The notes below the pieces were generated by a model. That model was not told the origin of the DNA. It saw nothing but the letters and a program-made list of their open reading frames with translations, and ran no database searches. DNA of 63,360 nt, filler included, from Bigelowiella natans CCMP2755 (lineage: Eukaryota > Protista > Cercozoa): the NCBI GenBank assembly GCA_000320545.1. It is 4 parts of 4 records of this genome, joined end to end, with 100 filler letters (N's around TTAATTAATTAA, not from the genome) between each part and the next. Parts side by side here need not be neighbours in the genome. Positions count along the whole stretch, not along the records: positions 30,350 to 59,291 come from ADNK01000902.1; 3 more parts are not named here. One strand, written 5' to 3'. Positions 44,516 through 53,848 of the stretch are shown here, one piece after another. Each line of letters starts with the position of its first letter. Position 1 is the first letter of the stretch. The position numbers were made by a program, and so were the translations under genes.

Positions 44516-47500
44516 ATGGAAAATTCAACCCATTTAGCTCGCGTCACCCCCGATACTGCTTTGCAAAAAGCGAAGAACTTCCTCAAAATCAATGAAGCTC
44601 AGAAAGCTCTAGACCACTTAGAAAAACTTCTTGGATCCAAGCGTCATCGATCATGGGTGAAGACGCACGAAAAGATTATGCTTTTATACATCGAGCATGC
44701 AGTCAATCTGCGGAAGAGCATGAGGTATATAACTGTTATAAAAGAAAATAGCTCCTGGAGCAAAAGTGATTGTGTTCTTTCTTCAGGTTCGTATTCATCC
44801 AATACCGGATGATAGCCAGCAAACATGGGCCCTCTATGGCTGCAATCACAAGATTTTTTCGAGATCTTGTCGAGAAGAAAGCAGCAGAAGCAAAAGCCGA
44901 GGCTGTGAAGGCAGGGGATGCGGTGGACAATGTCGAATTGGAAGAGACACCTGAGAGCATCATGCTCAAAGCTGTGAGTGGTGAAGACGCAAAAGCCAGA
45001 AAGGATCGTAAGATCCTTGTGCCGTGGTTGAAGTATGTATGGGAATCTTACCGAACTATACTTGACACTTTAAAAAGCAATGGAGAGCTCCAAGAGGTAA
45101 GACATTTACAAATTACTAAGATTCACGTCCACGTGCGCATTTCATTTGGAGTGGTGCGTTCGAAAAGACTAGCGGTTTATTATTGTTACTAACCTGCATT
45201 TTGCTTCTATATTCAGCTGTACCATGAGACCGCAAGACATGCATTTGCATTTTGCCGTGAACATAAGAGACAAAACGAACTACGAAAGCTGGCAGATCTG
45301 CTACGGCACCATAGATCGAGCATAGCCAACGCCAAGTACAATCACTCAGATCCCGTCGATCTTTCTTCAGTTGAGACAAGGGCATTATACCGAACTACAA
45401 GATTTCACCAGCTCAAGGCAGCCTCTGAGCTTAAGATGTGGACGGAAGTAAGTTTCAAACATAAATACAATTAGATTGCATCATAAGTTCAAGCTAAATT
45501 CTTTACATGTTAAGTGTGCACGAAAAATTTACAATTAAATTCACTTTAAATTTTGATGACCTTGATGCGAAGTGGATCATCCAGTTGTAACAGCATGTCA
45601 ACTCTCATATAAAATTTTTAATTATCGTTTGTGATTTAATCGTAGGCTTTCGACACGATCTCTGATATTAAGAAAGACGGCTTTGACGATCAAACAATCG
45701 GTTCTGAAAAATTCCGCATCCTCTACTTTCATCGTTTGTCTGAGATTTTCTGGGCCTCCAAAAATTATCATCTCCACGCGTATTCTCTTGGGGAATGTTA
45801 TTCCCTTTCGTCGAGTACCAACGCGTACACTGAGGAAGAAAAATGCCGCATGGCCTCTGCCGTTGTGCTTTCCGTACTTGCAATTCCGGCAAAGAAAAAA
45901 TCTGCTGCTGCTGAGGTTTTTGACCAGCAAAATGAGAACAATCTTCGGGTAATTGAAATGCTTACATTTGGCACTGAAGCGGTTGAAATTCCGACTAGGG
46001 AGCACCTCATGGAAACTATCAAGCAGAGAAACTTGATCGATGCTGCACTGCCATCCGTCAAAAAAATTTACCATCTTCTCGAAAAGTCATTTATGCCTCT
46101 GAAGCTTTCTGCTCAGCTTGAAAAAGAATTCAAGCAGCTTAGTGAGGAGGGAAACAAGGGGAAAAACGCAGAAGAAGAAAAAAAGATCAAGATGGCTGAA
46201 GAGAAGAAAGATGATGATGGGCAAGCAGTTGGGGAGCCCCGGCAAGACACAGACGTTGAGCCTTCGGACCTTGAGAGATATTCTAACCCTCTCAAAAAAC
46301 TAGCATTATTACGACTGATACAGCAGCTCTCAAACATATACAAAAGCGTACGTTTGGACCACTTCTACGATCTCATTCCAGCGGGAATCTCAAAGTACGA
46401 AGTGGAGCGCTTTATCATGAAAGGTATACGTGACGGGCTTCTTTCCCTTCGACTCGACCATCAGGAAAGAATCATATACTTTATGGAACGTGACATTGAA
46501 AGTGGTCATGTAAAGCACCAACTAAGAAACCTGGCCTTGGCGCTCCGTAAAGTCGTAAGGATCATCAGGCCGGACGATCCTCAGACACAGGCCCAAACTA
46601 GAATAAACTTTTTTAAAGCTTGTTTAGATGGGGCCCAACAAGAGCATGCAGATGTTGTCACTCGTCGGGAGCTCATCTACAACCTGAAAAAGAGGAGGGA
46701 AAAAGAAAGAGAGGACCGTAGGGTAGCGAAAGAACGTAAGCAACAACAGGAGAAGGTTCTTCAGAAGCAATTAGAGAAAGATAAGCTGAAGGAATTCGAG
46801 GATAGGAGGAAAAAGAAAAAAGATGAAGATGAGCTGGAAGAAACTCGCAAGAAGGAAGCTAAAAAGAAGCAGGAACAGGTGAGAGCTGAGAGAAAGATTG
46901 AGGCTGAGAAAAAGAAGCTCCTGTATGCTCGCAAACTTCTGGATTACGCAACTCGCGCTACACGATGTGAAGAGCAGAAAAAGCTAGGAACACATGTGGA
47001 GAATATGATGAAAGAACGAGTTGAGCGTATTACCAAGACTTATGAGGAAGATGAAGCTAGTAGGAAGAGAATATGGGATAACAAGAAGCAGAACAAGGTC
47101 CGGTTAAGTAAGATAAAGCAGCATATTGATAAAGTGCGCGGTGACATCGAGGGCGATGAGAAGGAGATGGTAAAGAAACAGAGAGAAACCCTCGAGAAGA
47201 AAGTAGAAAATGCGCGTTCGAAACGTGAGGATATTGACCGCGCTCTTCAAGAGGAAAACAAGAAACTCGACGAGTTGGACGAGGAAATTGAACGTCTGAG
47301 AAACCAGCTGCAAGAAAAACAGGAGATGTTAGCGGAAGCTAAAGCCGAAGCAGAGGCGAAGGCTCGGGAGGAGGAACGAAAGGAGGAGGAACAAAGGAAG
47401 GCTAAAGAGGATGAGCTTCGCCGTGAGAAAGAGGCTGTCGAGAAAGAGAGGTTGAGAAAGTTAGACGAAATTGAACAAAAGAAAAGAAAGAAAGAGGCTG

Positions 47501-48192
47501 AGCTAGAGGAGAAAGAAAGGAAGAAACGAGAAGATCGATCTAAGGGACCAGATCGTGCCCGTCCAGGTACTCGAGATTGGGATGGGTTGAGAAAAGACCG
47601 AGACAGGACGGATCGCTATCGCCCTGGGGGTTTCCGTGATCGTGATAGTGGTGATAGCGGTGACCGTTATCGTCCCGGAGGCTTCTCCCGAGATCGTGGA
47701 GATCGCGATAGTGCAGACCGTCCAGGCAAATATCGACCAGGAGGATTCAGCAGCAGCCGGGGCGAGACTTCGGGCGAAAGAGGGGCCTGGCGATCTCAAC
47801 GCAGAGAATCAGGATTTGGTGGTCGCGGGAACATGGGTGACGAAAGAGGGGGAACTGCTGGCGGTGGATCATCGCGCTTTCCCAGAAACGATAGATATCG
47901 TGATGGAGCATCCTCACGTTTCCAGAGAAGCGGCGACAGGGATCGTGATAATGATAGATTTGGATCGTCAGGATCGTCAGGCGGTTCTTCACGATTCTCT
48001 GCGAGGGGGGAGAACAGGGGTAGCCGCTTCAACAGTAGTGAAGCTAGGAGAGGGGGAGAGGATAGGCAGGATAGGTGGCGACGGCCTGCCGCTGCCGAGA
48101 AAAAATCCGATCCCTCAGCTTCTGCAAATAATGACGATGATGGATTCCAAGATGCTCCTGGCAGACGTCGAACCAGAAAGAACAAGTCTTGA
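44516..48192 (+). CDS. EIF3A: Eukaryotic translation initiation factor 3 subunit A
   Basis: TPDTALQKAKNFL...KRHRSW...HEKIM, EETPESIMLKAVSGEDAKARKDRKILVPWLKYVWESYRTILDTLK, a PCI region, a long E/K/R coiled coil and an RDR/YRPGG tail. The last exon is about 2.5 kb. Confidence 0.93.
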
Positions 48193-48620
48193 ACACACGC
48201 TTAGTAAACAACGGTTGTCTAACAGAATATGTTAGGTGTTTTGAAGTGGACGCGTAAAGGCAAAATACAAGGCATGATGTATAATTCACGCAACTCGTAC
48301 TTGTAGTCATTACAAGGCTACGACATCGCTGAGTGTGACGATGTAAGCTCGCATGCGTATGTGCCAGGATATCCACATCTAGATATGCATGATGCGTAGC
48401 GTTTAGCATTGCAATGTGACACACATTGCAACACTCGCATTGCCATCAAGGCGAGTTCTCGCAAGCATCTCATCTTGTCAGATCGCCTTCCGCTACTCCT
48501 ATCAGTAGGCGCTTAGGGCGATCCGCCGTGCATGGAGGCTATTTGTGTGCGTGTTGTCAACAATGTTGTGCGATGATGCGATGAGCATGCCAGCGCTAGC
48601 TGCAGCTAGCGGGCGCCCCA

Positions 48621-48908
48621 GAGCTCAAGGGGGGCTAGGGGCGGGTTTGCGGACACAGCAATCGCAGGCGCCCTGCGGCCCTGCCAAGCGCCGCTGGCCG
48701 AAGCTGACTTGCGGAAATGGCTTCTCTTGGCGCGTTGCGCCATTTCCGCATTTCACCAAGCCAAAACACAGCATTTTTCTGAGATTCAGTGAAATCTGCA
48801 ATGGAAACTTGCAAACTTCACTGCAACCACCCGCAAAATTTCTCGCGCGGAGCGCGAGAAAAACACTCTTTTGGCCGCAAAACCCTCATTTCCGCCCCCA
48901 TTGAGCTC
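48621..48908. mobile_element. Putative MITE (288 bp) with imperfect terminal inverted repeats
   Basis: Left end GAGCTCAAGGGGGGC...GGGTTTGCGG vs right end (reverse complement) GAGCTCAATGGGGGC...GGGTTTTGCGG. Flanked on both sides by CA (48619-20, 48909-10). Internal stems at 48710-48750 (12 bp) and 48839-48861 (10 bp). Confidence 0.6.
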
Positions 48909-49237
48909 CACATGTGTGTGATGTGTAAGTAATAATAATAATAATTATTATAACCGCCAATGGCGGTATCTGCGATGTGGGCAGAGCCCACCTGCTTCGC
49001 AAAGCGATGCGACAGCTTCATTATGCTGTATCATATTACCTTATTATACTTATGTTTCCAAGGGGTGTTTTTCAAGGGAGGGGGTATATATATATATATA
49101 TATATATATTATAAAAAAAAGTTTGTTTTTTTAAAGTACCTATAATTTCTCATTAACAATAAAATGAATGAGGTTAAGAAAAAACACTAATTAAAGTGGG
49201 GGTCTAAAAAAAAATGAAGAAGCATACGATGTCATTA

Positions 49238-49321
49238 TGTGCCGTGCCGTGCCGTGCTGTGCCGTGCTGTGCCGTGCCGTGCGAAGCGATATGCCGTGTT
49301 ATATGCCGTGCCGTGCGAAGC
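49238..49321. repeat. (GTGCC/GTGCT)n pentamer array near virophage left end
   Basis: gtgccgtgccgtgccgtgctgtgccgtgctgtgccgtgccgtgcgaagcga, followed by a partial second block. Confidence 0.8.
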
Positions 49322-49381
49322 GACATATATGTATGTACATAAAGCGAAGCAAAAGGATTTTAGCAAAGTTTTATATGATGA

Positions 49382-50461
49382 TTAGATTTCTAATGCTTCA
49401 AACAACTGGATGATTTTATCGCATTTTCGTTCGTTTGCGATTGTCATTGCGGATTTTCCTTCATTGTTGGTTTCTTGCAAATCAGCATTTTTTTCAAGCA
49501 ATAACTGAAACACCTTTGCTTTTCTCTTTCTACTTGCCCATATGAGTGGAGTGTTGCCTTTGTTGTCTTTCACATTGATGTTGGCATTGTGATTCAGCAA
49601 GAAATTGACGACATCGTTTGTGTGTTTTTCTCCTCTTGAACTTTTGATGACTGAATGAAGATCAGTGTTTACATCCGCTTTTTCCTCAATTAACATCTTA
49701 GCAGTGTCAGTATGTTCTATCTCAAATGCTACTCGCAATGGAGACTCCCCCTTCTTGTTTTCAACATTCACATCCGCTTTTGCCTCAATCAATTTCTTGG
49801 CAATATCGGTGTGTCCCTTCCAACTTGAAATGTGAAGCGGAGTATCACCATCCTCATTCTTCACATTGACATCCGCTTTTGCCTCAATCAATTTCTCAGC
49901 AATATCTGTGTGTCCTTCCAAACTTGCGATATAGAGCGGAGTCATACCATACTTGTTTTTAACATTTACATCCGCTTTTTCCTCTATTAACTTCTCAGCA
50001 ATGTCGGTGTGTCCATTTGAACTTGCTATATGAAGCGGAGTATCACCATCATCATCCTTCTTCGCATTCACATCCGCTTTTTCCTCAATCAATTTCTTAG
50101 CAATATCTGTGTGTCCTTTCCTACTTGCCCAATAAAGCGGAGTAGTACCACCCCCCTCATTCTTCACATTGACATCCGCTTTTGCCTCAATCAACATCTT
50201 AGCAATATCTGTTTGTCCTTCCAAACTTGCGATATAGAGCGGAGTCATACCATATAATCCCTTCGCATTCACATCCGCTTTTTCCTCTATCAATTTCTTG
50301 GCAATATCGGTGTGTCCCTTCCAACTTGCGAGGTGAAGCGGAGTGTGACCAGTCAACTGATTCTTCGCATTCACATCCGCCTTTTGTTCAATCAGTTGTG
50401 TGGCGAGTTCCAAATTTCCATCCTCACAAGCAGAGATAAGGTCCTTGTTCAAATTTTCCAT
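49382..50461 (-). CDS. Virophage ankyrin-repeat protein (about 9-10 repeats)
   Basis: Tandem TPLH/Y.AS..GHTDIA..LIE.KADVN units. Likely start is MENLNKDL (ATG 50461), just downstream of the integrase stop. Confidence 0.92.
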   Translation of the reverse strand: MENLNKDLISACEDGNLELATQLIEQKADVNAKNQLTGHTPLHLASWKGHTDIAKKLIEEKADVNAKGLYGMTPLYIASLEGQTDIAKMLIEAKADVNVKNEGGGTTPLYWASRKGHTDIAKKLIEEKADVNAKKDDDGDTPLHIASSNGHTDIAEKLIEEKADVNVKNKYGMTPLYIASLEGHTDIAEKLIEAKADVNVKNEDGDTPLHISSWKGHTDIAKKLIEAKADVNVENKKGESPLRVAFEIEHTDTAKMLIEEKADVNTDLHSVIKSSRGEKHTNDVVNFLLNHNANINVKDNKGNTPLIWASRKRKAKVFQLLLEKNADLQETNNEGKSAMTIANERKCDKIIQLFEALEI

Positions 50462-50501
50462 TTTGAGAGGTGGGGGAAGATATTTCCGTTTTTGTTGAAA
50501 A

Positions 50502-51602
50502 TCAACTAACAAAGAATCCCCTATCAACTTGCTTTCTTTTTCGCTTACTTGTCCGTATTTCAACAGGTTCATCGGTCCACTTCTCCCTCGGTTTCGGTGT
50601 TTTTTTCTCAATTGCTTTTTTCACTATTTCGTTTTCAGCAGGTTTCAGTTGATTCTTGCTGAAAGTTTTGTCTAAAACACCTTCCAAAATATATCTTACT
50701 GGTCGGTCAGGTAACAATAATATGTTTTCAATTTTATGCGGTTTCAACGAATATCTTATGTCGCCCTCCCTAAAATTGCCTATTTGTTTCTCTCCTTTAA
50801 AATTCACAGGATAATCCAATTTGTATCTCACCTTCCTACCGACCTCGTACAAATCACAATCACCTCCCTCCTTACAAGGAACTTTTCCTGTCTGCTTCAA
50901 CTTCTTCACCTTAGCATTCTCGTTCAACTTCTTCAATATGTCAGGTAATAACTTTAACCACTGCTTACTTACTTTATCGTTCTCTAATTCTTTTACCAAC
51001 TGAGTTTTAATGATGATACTACCGATACTCTTATTTCGTGCTTCCACATTTGCCTGTTGACTATGCCTAGCAACACCTGCTCTTCTTAAATATATCCCTT
51101 TCTCTCTCAAATACCCATCCAATCCTTTTTTAAACTCACTACCAGCATCTACCTGAAGGATTTTCGGCGGTTTTAACACCTTGTTCTCGTAATACACCTT
51201 GTCTATCGCTTTTCTTACCGCTTCAGCAGTTCTGTATCGTAGAGGTATAGCATCAGTTTGTTTAGTATGATTATCTACTGCTACTAATAAATATCTAAAC
51301 CCACTATCATTAGGTAGATAGAGCAAGTCCATCTGTCCTCGCTTACCTGGATACCCATAGGCATCGTTGTGGGTTGCTTTTACTTCAGGGTCTTGCTTTT
51401 TCTCCCTGGTCAGTTCATCTACTAAATCCTTACTCTTCTTGCCGATTAAACTTCCCAGTATGGTTGGTTTCTTCTTTCGTTTGACTATCTTTTTCCGTTT
51501 GACTATCTTTTTCACTATTTTCTTTTTAGGCATTTCAGTTTCAGTATCAGTATCATCATCATCACTACTGCTTTCACTACTATAAGGTTCTTTCTCGTCC
51601 AT
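50502..51602 (-). CDS. Retroviral-type (rve) DDE integrase, Polinton/mavirus-like
   Basis: QMDLLYLP...YLLVAVDNHTK, LQVDAGSEF and QANVEARNKSI give an intact D-D-E triad. The N-terminus has an acidic tract and a tandem basic tract. Confidence 0.92.
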   Translation of the reverse strand: MDEKEPYSSESSSDDDDTDTETEMPKKKIVKKIVKRKKIVKRKKKPTILGSLIGKKSKDLVDELTREKKQDPEVKATHNDAYGYPGKRGQMDLLYLPNDSGFRYLLVAVDNHTKQTDAIPLRYRTAEAVRKAIDKVYYENKVLKPPKILQVDAGSEFKKGLDGYLREKGIYLRRAGVARHSQQANVEARNKSIGSIIIKTQLVKELENDKVSKQWLKLLPDILKKLNENAKVKKLKQTGKVPCKEGGDCDLYEVGRKVRYKLDYPVNFKGEKQIGNFREGDIRYSLKPHKIENILLLPDRPVRYILEGVLDKTFSKNQLKPAENEIVKKAIEKKTPKPREKWTDEPVEIRTSKRKRKQVDRGFFVS

Positions 51603-51644
51603 ATATACATAATGTGAGATATAAAATATATGTAGTTTATTTTA

Positions 51645-51839
51645 ATGGATAAAGAAATAGAACGAATACTCATACACAAGGGATTAAGCAAAGGAATAAT
51701 AAGTATGATAGATGAATACCTACATCAAAGTTATTTAGTGTGTTTAACTCACAATTTCCGCAGACTTAACAATAGTCCTAAACTTAAGTTCATCAACAAA
51801 TTAAATTTTAAAAAAAAAATATGTAAATTAATAATATAG
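51645..51839 (+). CDS. Small hypothetical virophage protein (64 aa)
   Basis: ATG-started ORF divergent from the integrase, in a gene-dense viral region. Confidence 0.5.
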   Translation: MDKEIERILIHKGLSKGIISMIDEYLHQSYLVCLTHNFRRLNNSPKLKFINKLNFKKKICKLII

Positions 51840-51843
51840 AAAT

Positions 51844-52020
51844 ATGATAAAGTTAATATATGATTTAATCGTAAATTTGCTACCAGACAATTTTACAACA
51901 TACAGAAATGATGATGCTGTTGTGGTTTATGACAGGTCAGTGTGGAAGATGGAAAGCAAAGACGATGCTATCTTATTGATTAAGAAGAATATATGTAATA
52001 TGTCAATAATAAATTGTTAA
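51844..52020 (+). CDS. Small hypothetical virophage protein (58 aa; not in ORF track)
   Basis: MIKLIYDLIVNLLPDNFTTYRNDDAVVVYDRSVWKMESKDDAILLIKKNICNMSIINC*. Starts 4 nt after the previous stop and is followed by a hairpin. Confidence 0.5.
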   Translation: MIKLIYDLIVNLLPDNFTTYRNDDAVVVYDRSVWKMESKDDAILLIKKNICNMSIINC

Positions 52021-52043
52021 TATATATTTATTCCAGATTTCAT

Positions 52044-52078
52044 TTTCAACACTTTAGACACCCTTAAAGGTGTTGAAA
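52044..52078 (+). terminator. Hairpin, candidate giant-virus-type 3'-end/polyadenylation signal
   Basis: TTTCAACACTTTA...TAAAGGTGTTGAAA, a 13-bp stem with one bulge, 24 nt after the stop at 52020. Confidence 0.5.
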
Positions 52079-52120
52079 CACAATATTAAATTAAATATAA
52101 AAATATATAGTATAATATAT

Positions 52121-53080
52121 ATGAATAGTATACTCAAAGATGTTGATAGAACTTCTCTCTTTCCAATCAGGCACAAAGACATATGGAATGCCTACAAGAT
52201 ACAACAAGCAGGATACTGGACTGCCGAAGAAATAGATTTCAGTAATGATGCCGATGACTTCTCCAAATTAAGTCAGGACGAACAAAAGTACTTAAAATAT
52301 ACCCTCATCTTCTTTGCGAATAGTGATATTGAAGTGAATGAAATGATAAATAGGAATCTATACGAGGAGTTTAAGGCATTAGAAATTCGTATGTGCTACG
52401 ACTTTCAAAGGCAAATGGAAAATATACACACAGAAACATACAATCTACAGATAGATACTTTGATAAAAGATAAAAAAGAAAAAGAGGATTTAATAAATGC
52501 TGTAAAGAATAATCCTATCATAGAACAAAAGATTAACTTCTGTAGGAAACAGGTCTTGTTGTACAACTCCATACAGCATAAATTGATATGTCAGGTCATC
52601 TTTGAAGGCATATTCTTCGCTTCCTCGTTCGCTTGTATTTACTACTTCAAGCAGAAAGGTATATTGAAAGGTCTAACTTTATCTAATGAATTTATCAGCA
52701 GAGATGAGAACCTACATTATAGTTTCAGTATTATGCTATACAATAAGTTAGAGAAGAGACTATCACAAGCAGAAGTAGCGGTCTTGTTTGATAAGGCACT
52801 ATGTATTGAGCGAGACTTCATCACACAAGCATTGCCTGTTAGATTGTTAGGAATGAATGCGGATATGATGTTAGACTATATCAAATTCACAATAGACAAC
52901 ATATTACTCAAATTAGGTTATGATACAATCCACAATGTGAGTAATCCTTTGACCTGGATGGAAAGACTGGATTTACAAGGCAAGACCAATTTCTTTGAGA
53001 GTAGAGAAAGCAACTACCAATCTGCTAATGTATTAAACGAGAACAAAGAAGACATCTTTGAAGTAGATTTCAATTTTTAA
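52121..53080 (+). CDS. Class Ia ribonucleotide reductase small subunit (R2/beta)
   Basis: LFPIRHKDIW, YWTAEEID, FFANSD, ENIHTETY (Fe ligands and radical Tyr), EGIFFASSF, SRDENLH and KTNFFE..YQ. ATG 52121 preferred over GTG 52070. Confidence 0.95.
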   Translation: MNSILKDVDRTSLFPIRHKDIWNAYKIQQAGYWTAEEIDFSNDADDFSKLSQDEQKYLKYTLIFFANSDIEVNEMINRNLYEEFKALEIRMCYDFQRQMENIHTETYNLQIDTLIKDKKEKEDLINAVKNNPIIEQKINFCRKQVLLYNSIQHKLICQVIFEGIFFASSFACIYYFKQKGILKGLTLSNEFISRDENLHYSFSIMLYNKLEKRLSQAEVAVLFDKALCIERDFITQALPVRLLGMNADMMLDYIKFTIDNILLKLGYDTIHNVSNPLTWMERLDLQGKTNFFESRESNYQSANVLNENKEDIFEVDFNF

Positions 53081-53095
53081 TCTAAATTATTATAG

Positions 53096-53305
53096 ATGCT
53101 ACTGGAAATAGTTAGACTATTACAATTACAACTACGATTAACAAGATTAAGAAAAGAGATAAACAAATTGATAAAGCAAAACAAGAAACTGATAAAAGAG
53201 AACAGCAAATTGTTGATACAATTAAATATTATGAAACAACCCTTTGATGACACTGGTGATTTAACTGATAGTGCTTTTAGGATGTTGATGGACGACGAAA
53301 AATAA
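53096..53305 (+). CDS. Small coiled-coil virophage protein (69 aa)
   Basis: Heptad-like L/I pattern; TCTA 11 nt upstream of the ATG. Confidence 0.6.
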   Translation: MLLEIVRLLQLQLRLTRLRKEINKLIKQNKKLIKENSKLLIQLNIMKQPFDDTGDLTDSAFRMLMDDEK

Positions 53306-53320
53306 TCTAATCTTTATTAA

Positions 53321-53431
53321 ATGATTGTAGTGTTATTAATATTAGGACTTATCTTTTCCATAGGATATACGATAGGAAAGATAGTAGCAAGGAACACGGA
53401 TTTAGACCCCACCAACGATATTAGAGTATAA
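53321..53431 (+). CDS. Putative 36-aa single-pass membrane microprotein (not in ORF track)
   Basis: MIVVLLILGLIFSIGYTIGKIVARNTDLDPTNDIRV*; TCTA 11 nt upstream of the ATG. Confidence 0.5.
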   Translation: MIVVLLILGLIFSIGYTIGKIVARNTDLDPTNDIRV

Positions 53432-53732
53432 TGAGATTAAATTTATCAGCATAGTCCTCTAAACTATCCTTCAAATCAGGTTTATTCCACAAGACCCAAC
53501 GAGATAATGAACCAGCAGTCAGGAATTTGCTCCAATCTTCATTCTTCATATGCCTTGTCAGGTATCTATCTTTTCTGTTTATATCTTTATGTATCGTAAA
53601 GTCGCTATACCGACTATCTCCAAAGTCGGTGTGTTTTACTTTTATTATCCTTCCACCCTTATCAACATAAAAGAGCATCCTATGCTTCTTATTTTTAAGA
53701 GGTGATTTCATTAGTTTAATATATATTTTCAT
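53421..53732 (-). CDS. Tlr6F-like/DUF5754-like conserved protein of virophages, PLVs and giant viruses
   Basis: KHTDFGDSRYSDFTIHKDINRKDRYLTRH...W...TAGSLSRWVLWNKP motif. Likely start MKIYIKL. Family name recalled, not searched. Confidence 0.75.
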   Translation of the reverse strand: MKIYIKLMKSPLKNKKHRMLFYVDKGGRIIKVKHTDFGDSRYSDFTIHKDINRKDRYLTRHMKNEDWSKFLTAGSLSRWVLWNKPDLKDSLEDYADKFNLIIL

Positions 53733-53747
53733 ATTATAATGATTAAC

Positions 53748-53832
53748 ATAAAATAAATTGTTAAAAAACAATTTATTTTATATTAAGAGGAAAAATAAAT
53801 TTTTATTTATTTTTTCTTGTTCTTAACAAGAA
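53748..53832 (-). terminator. Tandem hairpins downstream of MCP stop
   Basis: Perfect 15-bp stem ATAAAATAAATTGTT-aaaa-AACAATTTATTTTAT (53748-53781), a 10-bp stem at 53791-53814 and an 8-bp stem at 53814-53832. Confidence 0.65.
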
Positions 53833-53848
53833 TATTATAATATAAAAT

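Noticed and set aside
45736-48192. 818-aa ORF as a separate intronless or viral gene
   Set aside because: It is the last exon of eIF3a, continuous with upstream exons from 44516.
50462-50611. 50-aa N-terminal extension of the viral ankyrin protein
   Set aside because: It has a non-ATG start and overlaps the integrase C-terminus; ATG 50461 begins the first repeat.
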